A DNA stretch of 64,000 nucleotides from NCBI GenBank assembly GCA_945877035.1, contig CAMCQH010000002.1:29197-93196 (forward strand). Reading direction: 5' to 3'. This DNA comes from an uncultured Clostridium sp. Its GTDB lineage: Bacteria > Bacillota > Clostridia > TANB77 > CAG-508. Positions 41,954-52,628 of the stretch are shown one piece after another (within the stretch, counting starts at the first letter, position 1; the number at the start of each line of letters is the position of its first letter). The notes below the pieces were generated by a model, which saw only the letters and a program-made list of their open reading frames with translations, did not search any database and was not told the DNA's origin. The translations under genes were made by a program, and so were the position numbers.

Positions 41954-42349
41954 TTATATAAACCAACTTACTGTTCCCAATATGCCTACATTTGAATATG
42001 TTATATTTGACTTTATATAAACTCCACAATCTTGTCTTAATTCTAATTTTGCTAATCCAACTACATTACCTGTTCCTTCATCAACCACACATGATAAAAT
42101 AACTGGTAGATAATTTACATTTGATTTTAGTGAATTTGGTATTTCACATATTTTAACCCATGTATTTTTTGTTATATTTTTAATTCGAAGTGCATTAAAT
42201 GAGAATATAACTAAATTTCCTTTTCTTTTAAGTGAATAATAATTTGTTCCATCATGCTCTGCTTCGTTAGTAAGTAAATATGTTTCTTCATCTTTTAAGT
42301 TATTTATATTATTATCTCTTTATATATCTTTAATTGCATTAGGTATCAC
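41954..42349 (-). pseudogene. third paralog of the MIPxCIK family (GTG start, VIPNAIKDI) interrupted by an in-frame TAA at codon 10, followed by 121 stop-free codons
   Basis: Manual translation: VIPNAIKDI*RDNNINNLKDEETYLL…GILGTVSWFI*. Confidence 0.5.
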
Positions 42350-42767
42350 TTGTATATTCCCCCCTTACTACAAACTCAAATGTCATTCCTGCCAATACTG
42401 CCCAGTCAGTTGTTATTTTTATCTTATTGCTTATGCTATCAGCTTCCCCTACTTCTACATAATGTCCATCTGTTTCTGCTTCATCACTACTCTTCATTAA
42501 TCTCTCATCTTCTAGATATACATCTAATACATCTTGTCCGACTTTGTAATAACATGGTAGTGTTATCTCTGCTCCTGCTGATGTTGTTGTACTTACTGTT
42601 AGCTTATATTTGTGTGTTAGCAAGTTCTTTTGAGCTCTATTTACATTATATGCAGAAAGTGGAGTTCTTCCTGTATATACTGCTGGAACAACTTCGTGCT
42701 TTACTCCATCTATCTCAACATAAGCATTTTGTGTTTTTGTTCCATTTTCAAATTCAATTATTTGCAT
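42339..42767 (-). CDS. phage structural hypothetical protein (142 aa)
   Basis: ORF in the tail-gene run. Confidence 0.4.
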   Translation of the reverse strand: MQIIEFENGTKTQNAYVEIDGVKHEVVPAVYTGRTPLSAYNVNRAQKNLLTHKYKLTVSTTTSAGAEITLPCYYKVGQDVLDVYLEDERLMKSSDEAETDGHYVEVGEADSISNKIKITTDWAVLAGMTFEFVVRGEYTSDT

Positions 42768-42791
42768 TGTTTACCTCCTTTTCGAGAGTTT

Positions 42792-43016
42792 CTATTTTTT
42801 ATTATCATTTTGTTCTATTTCTTTATTTTCTTGCTTTTCTAATTCTTTTTGATATTCTTTTATATCTCTCTGTTCTTCTTCATAACACAATTTATCAACT
42901 TGACTATTTATATCTTCTAAAATCAACTTAATAATACAAGGTGGTAATTGTGTATCATTTATTGATTTTATTATGCTTTTTTTCCCATCTCTAATCATTA
43001 AACTTGTTGGCTTCAT
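42792..43016 (-). CDS. small phage hypothetical protein (74 aa)
   Basis: ORF only. Confidence 0.3.
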   Translation of the reverse strand: MKPTSLMIRDGKKSIIKSINDTQLPPCIIKLILEDINSQVDKLCYEEEQRDIKEYQKELEKQENKEIEQNDNKK

Positions 43017-43126
43017 TTTGTACCTCCTCTTCTGGATTTTTATTATTTATCTTATCTGGTTTATTTGTCTCGATTATTGGTAATTTATAATTGTTATTTT
43101 CTAATTCCATACTTATTTTCCTCTCT

Positions 43127-44251
43127 TTATATAAAATCCCAACCTGTAATTAATCCATTTCTTACATGTATTACTGCTGTACTGGTTGCTCCTGGTAATA
43201 AAACAGGGAGGTCATCATTTGCTGCTGTAATATTCCAATTTTTTATAAGTCCATTTTCTACTTCTATTCCACCACCTGCTGATGGGAATACAGTTCCACT
43301 TGCTGTATTTCTGATATACGGAACATCATTTATATCATTAAAAGAAAACATTGGTGTAAAATACGAACCATCATCAGATGTTTTTGATATATACAAAGTA
43401 GTCCCCTTATGTAATGTCAGAAAAAGTCTTCCATTATCTTGTTGTGTTGAAACTAATCCTCCTATTTCTTCTCCATTACGATTATAATATCTTATTCCAC
43501 TACTAGAAAAATCCATTAATTTAGTTCCTTCAGAAGATATAACCTTGAAGCTTCCATCAACTACACTTACTTCTCCTTCTTCTGTTAATTTAAACTTACT
43601 GCTAGTTATAGTTATTCTATTTCCTATTAATGAAATTTTATCTGCAGACTGACTAATCTTAGTACATAATTCATCATTTCCTACCTTCTTTGATACAGTA
43701 CTTGTTATGCTATCTGTTGTTTGTTTAATTTCAGATTTTGCTGTACTTAATTCATTTTTAGTTGCGTATGTACTAGATACAGTACTTGTTATTTCGTTTG
43801 CTTTTATATTAATTGCACTATTCATTTCTTCTGTTGTTGAATATCCTGTTAATTTTTGATTTACACTTAATTCAATACTTTTTGCTGTTTGATTTATTGC
43901 ACTATTCATTTCATTTTTTGTTGCATATATATCTGTAAAATCATTTTTTACTATGTATTCTGCATAAAATTTATTCCCTACCATATCTACTAAATAGATA
44001 TAATTATCGCCTTCAAATAGTTCAATAGTTATGTCTTTTAATGGTTCTTTTTTAGGTGTTTCTAATTCTGTTAAAACATGATATTCGCTTAATGATAGTC
44101 TTCTCATTACATAATCTTCATCTTTTGTAATAACTAAACTATCGTAAATATCGCCTTTTACTCTTAGTTCTTCTATGTCTATTACATATTCTTTCTTTTC
44201 ACTAGAAGGATTTGTTCTTGACTGTTTGTCCACTATTATTTTATATTTCAT
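43127..44251 (-). CDS. phage tail protein (tail tip/Tal-like, 374 aa)
   Basis: Position downstream of the Dit-like gene; overlaps it by 4 nt. Confidence 0.45.
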   Translation of the reverse strand: MKYKIIVDKQSRTNPSSEKKEYVIDIEELRVKGDIYDSLVITKDEDYVMRRLSLSEYHVLTELETPKKEPLKDITIELFEGDNYIYLVDMVGNKFYAEYIVKNDFTDIYATKNEMNSAINQTAKSIELSVNQKLTGYSTTEEMNSAINIKANEITSTVSSTYATKNELSTAKSEIKQTTDSITSTVSKKVGNDELCTKISQSADKISLIGNRITITSSKFKLTEEGEVSVVDGSFKVISSEGTKLMDFSSSGIRYYNRNGEEIGGLVSTQQDNGRLFLTLHKGTTLYISKTSDDGSYFTPMFSFNDINDVPYIRNTASGTVFPSAGGGIEVENGLIKNWNITAANDDLPVLLPGATSTAVIHVRNGLITGWDFI

Positions 44252-45687
44252 AGTAATTCACTTCCTTCCATATTAGGTTCTAAATTTTCAGAAGGATATA
44301 AATCTTCGCTTGGAAATAAATTGCTTTCATAAGCCTTATTCCCTTTAACTTCTAATTTTAATAAATCTTGTTTTCCACTTTCTGTTAAATGTATTTCTGT
44401 TATTCCTTCTACTTCTCTTTTATAATCTATAATGTCTGTTACATTTTGTTTGATACTGTTTACATCTTGTATAGTTTGTGTTAGTTTATTTTCTGTTTCT
44501 GTTTGTTGTTCTACTATTTGTGTAATAGTTCCATTTATTTTATCTACTTTATATTCAACATTTCTAAATTTTGATTTTACATCATTTGTATTTTTATATG
44601 ATGTTTGAGTTTTAGTTAAGGCTTTTGTTTCTATTTTTCCGCTAAATCCACCATTAAAGATAAATGAATGATTAAATATATATGATTTATATTTATTATC
44701 TTTACTATCTAATATTGTTATATAGTCTCCTGTATCTAAATATGGATAACCATAATATGTAGTTGAAAATGGTAAGTATTTTAATCCTTTTAATTTATCC
44801 CATAATTTATCTATTACTTTTTCTCTTTCTGCTTGGTCTTTTAAAAAGTAATTATCTGCAATTGTTATCTCTGTTAATCCATTTGCTGTAATACTTTCTT
44901 CGTCTTGTCTGGTAGTATTTTCTCCCTCTACTTGTGATAATCTTAATATCAATGAATTTACTTCTCCATATTCTTCATTTTTAGAGAAATTTTCCATATA
45001 ATTACTTCCATCTATTTCTTCTACTGTTGTTTCTTTATCAAGTGTTATTATGTATAATTTATTATCTCTTCCTATTTTTGCAAATCCCCCACATAATTGT
45101 GCGATGTTACTTAATACCGTTTTGCAATCTTCATTATTTGTAAATGGATTCCCTATTATAAAATAGTCCTTATTAACTAATTTTGTTATATCTGTACCTA
45201 ATTCTATTTCAACAAATGAACATAGGTTTTGTAAATATTTCCATAATGCTATTGGATAATTGTTATTATCAATATAAGTCTTATTAAACTTTTGCATATA
45301 ATCATATCCAATAAAAGATGTTTTTTCTTTCACTTCTTCATTATCTGGTTTTTGGATTATAAATCTTCCAAATGGTACCTCTTCTAATGTTCCATTTATA
45401 TTTACACCAACATAAACTTCTACCTCTTTATTTTCTAAATTTATTGAATTGTCTGGGTTAAGTATGTTTACAGTAATTTTTTTAGATACTGTTGTTCCTA
45501 TAAATTTGTCATTTACATAGCAATCATCTTCAATTGTAAAATCAACTAAATTATCTTCATCTTTTATGTCTATATCATCATCTATTATATGTATTCTTCC
45601 TGTTCTATTTATTCCAACATTAGATTTACAATTTTCTTTAAATTTATTACTAACTTGATACCTTATTTCACCTACAATTCTATTAAA
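44248..45687 (-). pseudogene. phage distal tail (Dit)-like protein, C-terminal frame: the annotated 361-aa ORF has a further 115 stop-free in-frame codons upstream and no canonical start
   Basis: Manual translation of 45333-45687 gives …IVGEIRYQVSNKFKENCKSNVGINRTGRIHIIDDD…EEVKEKTSFIGYDYM… with no stop. Confidence 0.5.
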
Positions 45688-46049
45688 CTTATATCTGTTG
45701 GATTATATAAAATTCCTCTATCTGTTCTATTCCATTTCATCGTTACTTTTCTATCTCCCCTATAACAATTTATTGTTTTATATGTTGCTGTATAAGGGTC
45801 AAAGAAATATACGCTTAATTGTTTTAAATTTTTTATAGTAGAGAAAAAGTCTGTGAACTCTTCTTGCGTTAGATATTTGGTATGTAGGATAACTTTGTAT
45901 TTTTGTGCTACTGGATTATAATGCATTGTACCTTTTGCATTTCTTCCACTATCATAAGATACATCGTACCATTCAACATCATATCCTTCATCTTTTAAAT
46001 ATTTAGTTAAATCTTTTCCATCTACTGTTACAATTTGTCCTACATACCT
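45672..46049 (-). pseudogene. Dit-like N-terminal segment (frame shifted +1 relative to the downstream part; opens right after the TMP stop with no ATG until Met at 45926)
   Basis: …RYVGQIVTVDGKDLTKYLKDEGYDVEWYDVSYDSGRNAKGTMHYNPVAQ…; N-terminus resembles Sipho_tail/Dit starts. Confidence 0.45.
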
Positions 46050-46062
46050 TTATATCTCTCCT

Positions 46063-49000
46063 TTATACTGGTACAGGAAATGGTAATTCTCCTGTTCTAT
46101 TTACAATGTCTCTAAATCCTTCTGACGCTTTTTCTACAATTACACCTTCATCAGTTTTGGCGTTTATATCTACTTGAACTCTAACTCTTTCCATTCCGTT
46201 TATTACCGCATTATAAATTTGGTCTGATATATTTCCCATACTAACTTTACTTTGAGCTTGTATTTGTCCACTAATAGCACCATAATTTACATATTGTGTT
46301 GTATCTATCGCCATATCTTTAGTATTTACTTTTATACCTTGATTTAATTCTTTCATAGTGTCAACTATCCCAATATTATCTGAAAAATTATTTGTTAAGT
46401 CTGTTGCTAAATTTCCAGCTTGGCTAATCATTTCTAATGAAGATTTTTTTATTTGATTTGTAAATCCTTGTGCAAAGAATAGTGCTGATTTTCTTGTTTT
46501 CTTTGATGGTGAAGCATTTCCTAAACCTTTATTAAATTTAGCAATTATTTTTCCTGTTAATGTTGAAATACTACTAAATATTCCTACTGGACCTGCAAGT
46601 CCTCCTGAAGCTAATACTCTAGTAAATCCTAATAAGAAATTTTTAGCACTACTTTCTGATGAACCTAAATTTCTGTCAAAACTACTACTTGCATTACTAC
46701 CAACATTTCCTCCAGCTGTTCCAGCCTCTCCTTGTTTTCTATTTATTTCATTTACTGCTGATTGTATATTTTTTCTTGCATCTTCTGGAATTAATGATAA
46801 TGCTTTATCATATTTATCTTCACTATTAGAAGCTAAATCTCCCCATTTCTTAATTTGTTCTTCCGATGTTGTATCTACTTTTCCATTAATAGTGTCTAAT
46901 ACTAATTTTGCATCTTCTGGAATGTCTGAAATATATTCATTATATTTTTCTTCTGACCCTTCTGCCAAAGTTTTCCAAGCTTCAATATTATCTGGTGTTA
47001 AATCTTCTACTGTCTGCGTTTGTTCTTTTAGTTTATCTCCTAACAATGTTAACACACCATTAAGCATATTTTTTTCTTCTTCTGATACTTTATCACCTTT
47101 ATTTTTTATTATATTTATATATTCTTGACTTTGACTTTTTAACATTCCTATTTGTTGTTCACCAGAAAGAGTTATTTTTTGTCCATTTACCTCTACAGTA
47201 TTTGTAAATTCTTCAATAGCTTTTTTCTGTAATTCTTTATTGTCTGTAACTGTTGCTGTTTGTAATGTTTCATAATTATAAATATCTTGATTATAACTAT
47301 CTAATAATTGTTTTTGTTTATTATATTGAGTTTCTTTTTCTGAAACCATATTTTTCATCCTATCAATTTCTATATTATATGCTGAAACCATTGCATAACT
47401 ATGAGCTTCTTGTGCTGAATCTCTTAATACTTCTAATTCTGATATTCTGCTATTACATTTTTCTTTTACATCTACATATTCTTTTTCTGCTTTTTCTAAA
47501 TTTGTATATGCTTCTGCTCTTTTTTCTAAAGCATTTTTATATTTTTCTTCATAAGCACTTAAAACTATTTCTGCTTTTTTTGCATCTATTAAATCAAATA
47601 TTTTATTTTTAAATTCATCATATTTTTGTATTGTTCCATCAACTACTTTAGCTTCTGTCCCATAAGCATTATTTAATTCATTTAATATAAATGATACACG
47701 AGCTTCATATCCTTTTTTAATTTTTCCATTTTTATCTACTAAAGTATCTAACTCTTTAGCTAATGTTTCTGTATTATCTACTTCGGACAATTGAGCTTTT
47801 GCATTTTCATTAATTTTTTGTGTAAATTCATCATATTCTTTTGTCGCTTCTTTTATTTTTTTAGTTAATTCTAATGACTCTGCATTATAACCTGCTAATG
47901 CACTTATTCCTGATATAACAAATCCAGTAACTGCCCCGATAGCAGTTCCTATTGGTCCAAATACTGAACCTAACAATGCTCCACTAGCTGTTGCTCCTGC
48001 CATACTTCCAGATAATTTTAATATTCCTTCTGTAGTTGATATGCTTCCTTCTTCTAAATCTTTCATAGAATTATAAGCTAATGTACTTGAACCTACTAAA
48101 CCAGCTAATCCAACACCTACTTTTGCCCAAGTTGGAATTAAACTTAAAAATCCTTGCCCTGTTTCTGCTAATGCTGTTCTTGTTAATTTTAAAGAACTAA
48201 TAACACCATTTCCTTGTGTTCTGAATATTTTATATTGTCCTATAACCATAAAAATCCAAGAGCCTAAATTAGTAAATCCAGATTTTAAACCAAGAATTAT
48301 TTTACCTATTGTTTGTAATCCTAACCCAAATGTTGTAGTCGCACCTTTACCAGTTTTTAAAACTGTGAATAATGTTTTTAACCAATTTACTAATTTTGTT
48401 ATTTTACCAATGATTAATATTCCACCAACTATTCCAGCAATAATTGTTAATACTTTTAAAATATTATTCATATCTTTCCAAGACCACTTTAATTTTCCAT
48501 TAATGTCTTTTGTAAATCCTAATGCTTTTAATATTGCATCTCTATATTCTTGTACTTTTCCTGTAATAGAGTTCATCTTATTATCCCATTCTTTTAATGA
48601 TTTTAACAATTTATCATCTATACCAGTTGCAACTCCTCCAGAACCTGAGCCAGATTTTGATGCTGGGTCTATATTGTTTATTTCATCAAATCCCATTAAT
48701 TGCTTCTTTAATTCTTTTGCTTTTTTAGTTGCTGAACCTAGTCCACTATCTATATCTGATATTCCTATATTATCAGCTAAATTAGTTGAACCACCACTAC
48801 TTAAATCATATCCGAATAGACTTGCTATTGATTTAATAATTTCTTTTATAGCCATTATAATTGCATTAGCCCATACTATAATTCCACCAAAAGCATTTAC
48901 AATAAATGAACCTGCTACTTGTTTTAATTCTATCAATTGATTTTTAAATACTCTTATTTGATTTGCTGGACTTTCAAATGTTTTTGCAAAATCTCCCTGT

Positions 49001-49581
49001 GCTTGTCCTGCTTGATTTAATATTGCTATATATCTAGCTACTTCTTTTTCAGCATAAGATAATTGTTGTACTGACCTATCATCTATTCCAGCATTTCTTA
49101 TAACTTTTGTTAATGCACTTTCTGATACATCTATACCTATTGTTCTTAAAGATTCTACTTGTCCTGCTATACCAGATTTTATTTTATTCATAGCATCTTC
49201 TACAGATAAGTTGTATAAAGAAGCTATATCGTATCCAGCTTTTGTTAAACTCTCAGACATAGTATATGAATTGTTTTTGTCAATGCCTTGTCCTTTAAAC
49301 ATTGAATAATACATAGCTTGGTATTGTTGCAATTCTGATTTATTTGTTGCCAATTTTTCATTCATTTCATTTTGAAAATTCATTGCTTTTGTGTAATATT
49401 TACTTGCTTCTTCATCTAAATTTCCATATTGGTCTACCACTTTTCCCATTGATACTTCAAACAAGTTGTTTGTTTCTATCATATCTATATTGGCTTGAGC
49501 AACATCCTTTACAATATTAGCGGTTTTTCTTAATCCTACATATATTGCTCCTAATCCTAAAGACTTTTTTAAGGCATTCAT
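46063..49581 (-). CDS. phage tail tape measure protein (1172 aa)
   Basis: Length, Gly/Ala-rich transmembrane-like central segment, coiled-coil regions, position after the chaperones. Confidence 0.8.
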   Translation of the reverse strand: MNALKKSLGLGAIYVGLRKTANIVKDVAQANIDMIETNNLFEVSMGKVVDQYGNLDEEASKYYTKAMNFQNEMNEKLATNKSELQQYQAMYYSMFKGQGIDKNNSYTMSESLTKAGYDIASLYNLSVEDAMNKIKSGIAGQVESLRTIGIDVSESALTKVIRNAGIDDRSVQQLSYAEKEVARYIAILNQAGQAQGDFAKTFESPANQIRVFKNQLIELKQVAGSFIVNAFGGIIVWANAIIMAIKEIIKSIASLFGYDLSSGGSTNLADNIGISDIDSGLGSATKKAKELKKQLMGFDEINNIDPASKSGSGSGGVATGIDDKLLKSLKEWDNKMNSITGKVQEYRDAILKALGFTKDINGKLKWSWKDMNNILKVLTIIAGIVGGILIIGKITKLVNWLKTLFTVLKTGKGATTTFGLGLQTIGKIILGLKSGFTNLGSWIFMVIGQYKIFRTQGNGVISSLKLTRTALAETGQGFLSLIPTWAKVGVGLAGLVGSSTLAYNSMKDLEEGSISTTEGILKLSGSMAGATASGALLGSVFGPIGTAIGAVTGFVISGISALAGYNAESLELTKKIKEATKEYDEFTQKINENAKAQLSEVDNTETLAKELDTLVDKNGKIKKGYEARVSFILNELNNAYGTEAKVVDGTIQKYDEFKNKIFDLIDAKKAEIVLSAYEEKYKNALEKRAEAYTNLEKAEKEYVDVKEKCNSRISELEVLRDSAQEAHSYAMVSAYNIEIDRMKNMVSEKETQYNKQKQLLDSYNQDIYNYETLQTATVTDNKELQKKAIEEFTNTVEVNGQKITLSGEQQIGMLKSQSQEYINIIKNKGDKVSEEEKNMLNGVLTLLGDKLKEQTQTVEDLTPDNIEAWKTLAEGSEEKYNEYISDIPEDAKLVLDTINGKVDTTSEEQIKKWGDLASNSEDKYDKALSLIPEDARKNIQSAVNEINRKQGEAGTAGGNVGSNASSSFDRNLGSSESSAKNFLLGFTRVLASGGLAGPVGIFSSISTLTGKIIAKFNKGLGNASPSKKTRKSALFFAQGFTNQIKKSSLEMISQAGNLATDLTNNFSDNIGIVDTMKELNQGIKVNTKDMAIDTTQYVNYGAISGQIQAQSKVSMGNISDQIYNAVINGMERVRVQVDINAKTDEGVIVEKASEGFRDIVNRTGELPFPVPV

Positions 49582-49772
49582 ATTAGATGTTGCACTAGTT
49601 ATATTATCTTTTAATTTATTACTTTTAGTTGAGTTTATTGTATTATTTAATGAAGATTTTAATTTATCTAAAGAGCCTACTAATGTAGTAATTGCTGATA
49701 CTGCATCGTTTACTTCAACTTCTATTTTGTTTTCTATTGTTCCAACATCATAATCTGCCCTTGTTCCACCTC

Positions 49773-50099
49773 TTATTTTTTATTAAGCATTGCTTTTATT
49801 TGTCTATTTCTTTCTCTTATTCTTTCTTCCATTTCTAATTGTTGTTCTCTTTCAATTTCTTCTTTACTTTTAATATGTTCAAAATCTATTGGACTTTCCA
49901 TATAATTTTGAGCTGGTTGCGTTTCTTTTCTTCCAAAATAATTATATAAAGATACCGATAAAGCATCATAAAAATATAATCCTTGTAACCATGCTTGTTG
50001 ATTTTCTAATTCTTTTTGTATTTTCATTTTGTCCATATACATTTTTCGGTATGTCCAAAGTAACTTTGGCTCTTCATTCCAAAATTCTCTCGTAGACAT
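49773..50099 (-). CDS. tail assembly chaperone, T-part; frame is open upstream to about 50250 and is reached from the G ORF by a -1 shift
   Basis: Manual translation shows no stops between 50100 and 50250 in this frame. Confidence 0.6.
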   Translation of the reverse strand: MSTREFWNEEPKLLWTYRKMYMDKMKIQKELENQQAWLQGLYFYDALSVSLYNYFGRKETQPAQNYMESPIDFEHIKSKEEIEREQQLEMEERIRERNRQIKAMLNKK

Positions 50100-50188
50100 A
50101 CCGAATTGTAATGCTAATGGTAGTAAATAATCATAAAAGAACTCTGTTAAAGTTTTATATTCTTGTTGTTCCCCATCTGAATTATCTT

Positions 50189-50536
50189 CTACATTTCTAT
50201 TATTTGAGCTTTCTTCTTTTTCTTTCCATCTGGGGATTTTATAAAAGCCATATATTCTTCTGTTAAAAATTGAATTATTTCATCAATATCTCCATCTTCT
50301 TTTTTATAAGCTTCCATAACCCCAACAGCCTCATATTCTGTCATACTTGGATGATTTGCTAATAATCCTGTATAGAAAATTTTATCATTTAATGTTATTA
50401 ATTTTCCTCCATTACTTATTAAATCTAATCCATGCTCTTCTGCAATTTTTGCATCTTTTCTTGTAGGATATCCTAATTTATATTCTTTTTCTCCTACTGT
50501 TATTTTCATTATTCTACTCATATCTAATTCCTCCAT
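50189..50536 (-). CDS. tail assembly chaperone, G-part, ending …DGKKKKKAQIIEM with slippery G AAA AAG
   Basis: Position between the major tail gene and TMP; Lys-run slippery motif. Confidence 0.65.
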   Translation of the reverse strand: MEELDMSRIMKITVGEKEYKLGYPTRKDAKIAEEHGLDLISNGGKLITLNDKIFYTGLLANHPSMTEYEAVGVMEAYKKEDGDIDEIIQFLTEEYMAFIKSPDGKKKKKAQIIEM

Positions 50537-50546
50537 CTATTTTATA

Positions 50547-50933
50547 CTAAGCTAACAATGATGTTACTTCACTTGATGTTTTGTCAACTATTTGTGTTGC
50601 AACTATATGTAATGTAGCTTCTTGTGCTGAACCTGCACTAAATTCATTTTTCCATGTTTGTGCTGTTCCTTTAATATATGTTCCTGTTCCATCACTTAAT
50701 TTAACTAAAAACTCGTGTTCTGCTCCATCGCAATATGTTAATACTTTTTCGTATTTTTCAGCAGTTCTGTTATATGTAAAGTCTTGAGATGGTGTATCAA
50801 CTCTGTCAGAAATATATTGTTTTATTGGACTATCTAATTCTGTAACTTCTATTGTTCCACCTTCTGCTCCACTTGCTGGAACTGATTTAATACTAATTAA
50901 TTTTTCATATTTTTCTGCACCTTTTACGTACAA
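50547..50933 (-). CDS. phage major tail protein (putative)
   Basis: Position and size; Gly/Thr/Ser-rich beta-type sequence. Confidence 0.45.
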   Translation of the reverse strand: MYVKGAEKYEKLISIKSVPASGAEGGTIEVTELDSPIKQYISDRVDTPSQDFTYNRTAEKYEKVLTYCDGAEHEFLVKLSDGTGTYIKGTAQTWKNEFSAGSAQEATLHIVATQIVDKTSSEVTSLLA

Positions 50934-50983
50934 TTCTGTACCTTGGTCATTATATGCTACTGGATTTGTATCTGCCCTTAATA

Positions 50984-51391
50984 TTACCTCCTATAAATTA
51001 TATTATTTTCATCTATTTTAGCTTCATATCTCATATACCTTCTATCAACATTTAAATCTATATTAGGTATTGGATTATTAGCTTTTCTATTAAATCCATA
51101 TTTTATATCAAATATATCATTAACTAATTTTACTAATTCTTCTGTTATTAATTGTCTTGCAATGTTATCTTTATCAATAGTATATATTTCTATTTCATAT
51201 ACCAAATTAAATCTTTGGTCTGATTTATCTAAATTTTCATCATATAAAGGGTCATCTATTTGTTTTATTATTACCAACGGAAATTTATTTTGTTCTTGCG
51301 GTGTATCTTTATATACATAAGGACTATATTTTGAATTAGCTTTTATATATTTTTGTGCAGTTTTAAATATTCCATTATAAACATTTGGCAT
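50984..51391 (-). CDS. phage tail-completion / head-tail adaptor protein (putative)
   Basis: Gene order only. Confidence 0.35.
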   Translation of the reverse strand: MPNVYNGIFKTAQKYIKANSKYSPYVYKDTPQEQNKFPLVIIKQIDDPLYDENLDKSDQRFNLVYEIEIYTIDKDNIARQLITEELVKLVNDIFDIKYGFNRKANNPIPNIDLNVDRRYMRYEAKIDENNIIYRR

Positions 51392-51402
51392 TGCCCTTTA
51401 TA

Positions 51403-51903
51403 TCACTTCCTACTTATTCTTTTAAATTCTTCTATTGCTATTATTTTAAAACTATCTTCCATGTTTTTCATAGCATTATAAAACTTTTTCTGTGCTGATA
51501 TACCTTTAGTCCATCCGTAAGTCCCATCTCCTTTAGGATATATCCAGCCTTTTTCTCCATGTTCATTGACATCATATTTCCAGCCCACTTGTGCTAAAAT
51601 CTCTGAAATATGAGGATTTTGACTTCCTACAACCCCTATACCAAATTCTCTATAAGTATCTTTTGTATCTGTTGTTCTTATTCCTCCTGTTATTACATTA
51701 CCTTCATTTTTAGTAGGTATAACTTCTGTAGATTTGTAATTATCCTTTAAACCTACATTTGACACTTTAGTAACTATATTTTCAACGGCTTTTGGTATTT
51801 TTTCTTTGTACTTTTTCAAAAACTCTTGATATTCATTAATACTTTTTAAAGAAAGATTAGTAGTGAATTTTGCATTTATATTCATGTTTGCCAATATAAT
51901 CAC
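51403..51903 (-). CDS. HK97 gp10-like head-tail joining protein (putative)
   Basis: Gene order and size. Confidence 0.35.
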   Translation of the reverse strand: MIILANMNINAKFTTNLSLKSINEYQEFLKKYKEKIPKAVENIVTKVSNVGLKDNYKSTEVIPTKNEGNVITGGIRTTDTKDTYREFGIGVVGSQNPHISEILAQVGWKYDVNEHGEKGWIYPKGDGTYGWTKGISAQKKFYNAMKNMEDSFKIIAIEEFKRISRK

Positions 51904-52247
51904 CTACTTTGCTGTTAATCTTTGAAAATAAATTACTATTGCTTTGTTTTGGTTTCTTGGTGGATATAGTTTATAATTTGCATTTGCTCCATTTACAGTT
52001 TCATTTTCTGGTGTTGCACCATCTAAATATGCTTTGTCAAATTCTTTAAATTTTCCTTCATATTCTTTTCTACTAATAACTGCCTTTTGCATTTGTTTAG
52101 CATTCGCCCCAAATTCTTCTATATCCGCTTCCGAACTTACAGGTTGAACATTAAATTCATATTTTATAGGCTCTTCATATTTGGTTATTTCATTTCCATA
52201 ATCATCATAATCAGAATCTAGTTTGCTTGATATCCAAATTGTTTTTT
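51904..52247 (-). CDS. phage head-tail protein: 62-aa track ORF plus a 60-codon stop-free upstream extension; a TTG start after AGGAGA would be in frame if the A7 run at about 52225-52231 were A6
   Basis: Manual translation: GEKIGKKTIWISSKLDSDYDDYGNEITKYEEPIKYEFNVQPVSSEADIEEFGANAKQ-MQKAVIS…. Confidence 0.4.
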
Positions 52248-52261
52248 TCCAATCTTTTCTC

Positions 52262-52570
52262 CTATTTTATAGCACCTGCTTTCGCTGGTGGCAATTCATT
52301 TAATAGGTCCTGCGACAATCCAGCTTTTGCTTTTGTTTCTGATAATCCATTTTCTGAATATGAAATTAAACCTATATCATCACCCAAATTATATAATTCA
52401 ATTGCACATTTAGTTTGCCAGTCTTTCGCTATGTCATTTGGAAGTTCTGTTATATTATGGTCATAAGGAAAGACTAATCTTAGGTATGTATTTTTTGCTC
52501 TTTTAAGCATTATTTTAAAGATAGCATCTTTGCTTACATCATCGATATTATCTAATATTTCCAATCTCAT
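52262..52570 (-). CDS. phage head-tail connector protein (putative)
   Basis: Gene order; small acidic protein after the capsid gene. Confidence 0.4.
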   Translation of the reverse strand: MRLEILDNIDDVSKDAIFKIMLKRAKNTYLRLVFPYDHNITELPNDIAKDWQTKCAIELYNLGDDIGLISYSENGLSETKAKAGLSQDLLNELPPAKAGAIK

Positions 52571-52628
52571 TTCTTTTAATTGGTCTATTTCTTCTACTGC
52601 CCTTAATTAGTCCTCCTTACTTATTATT

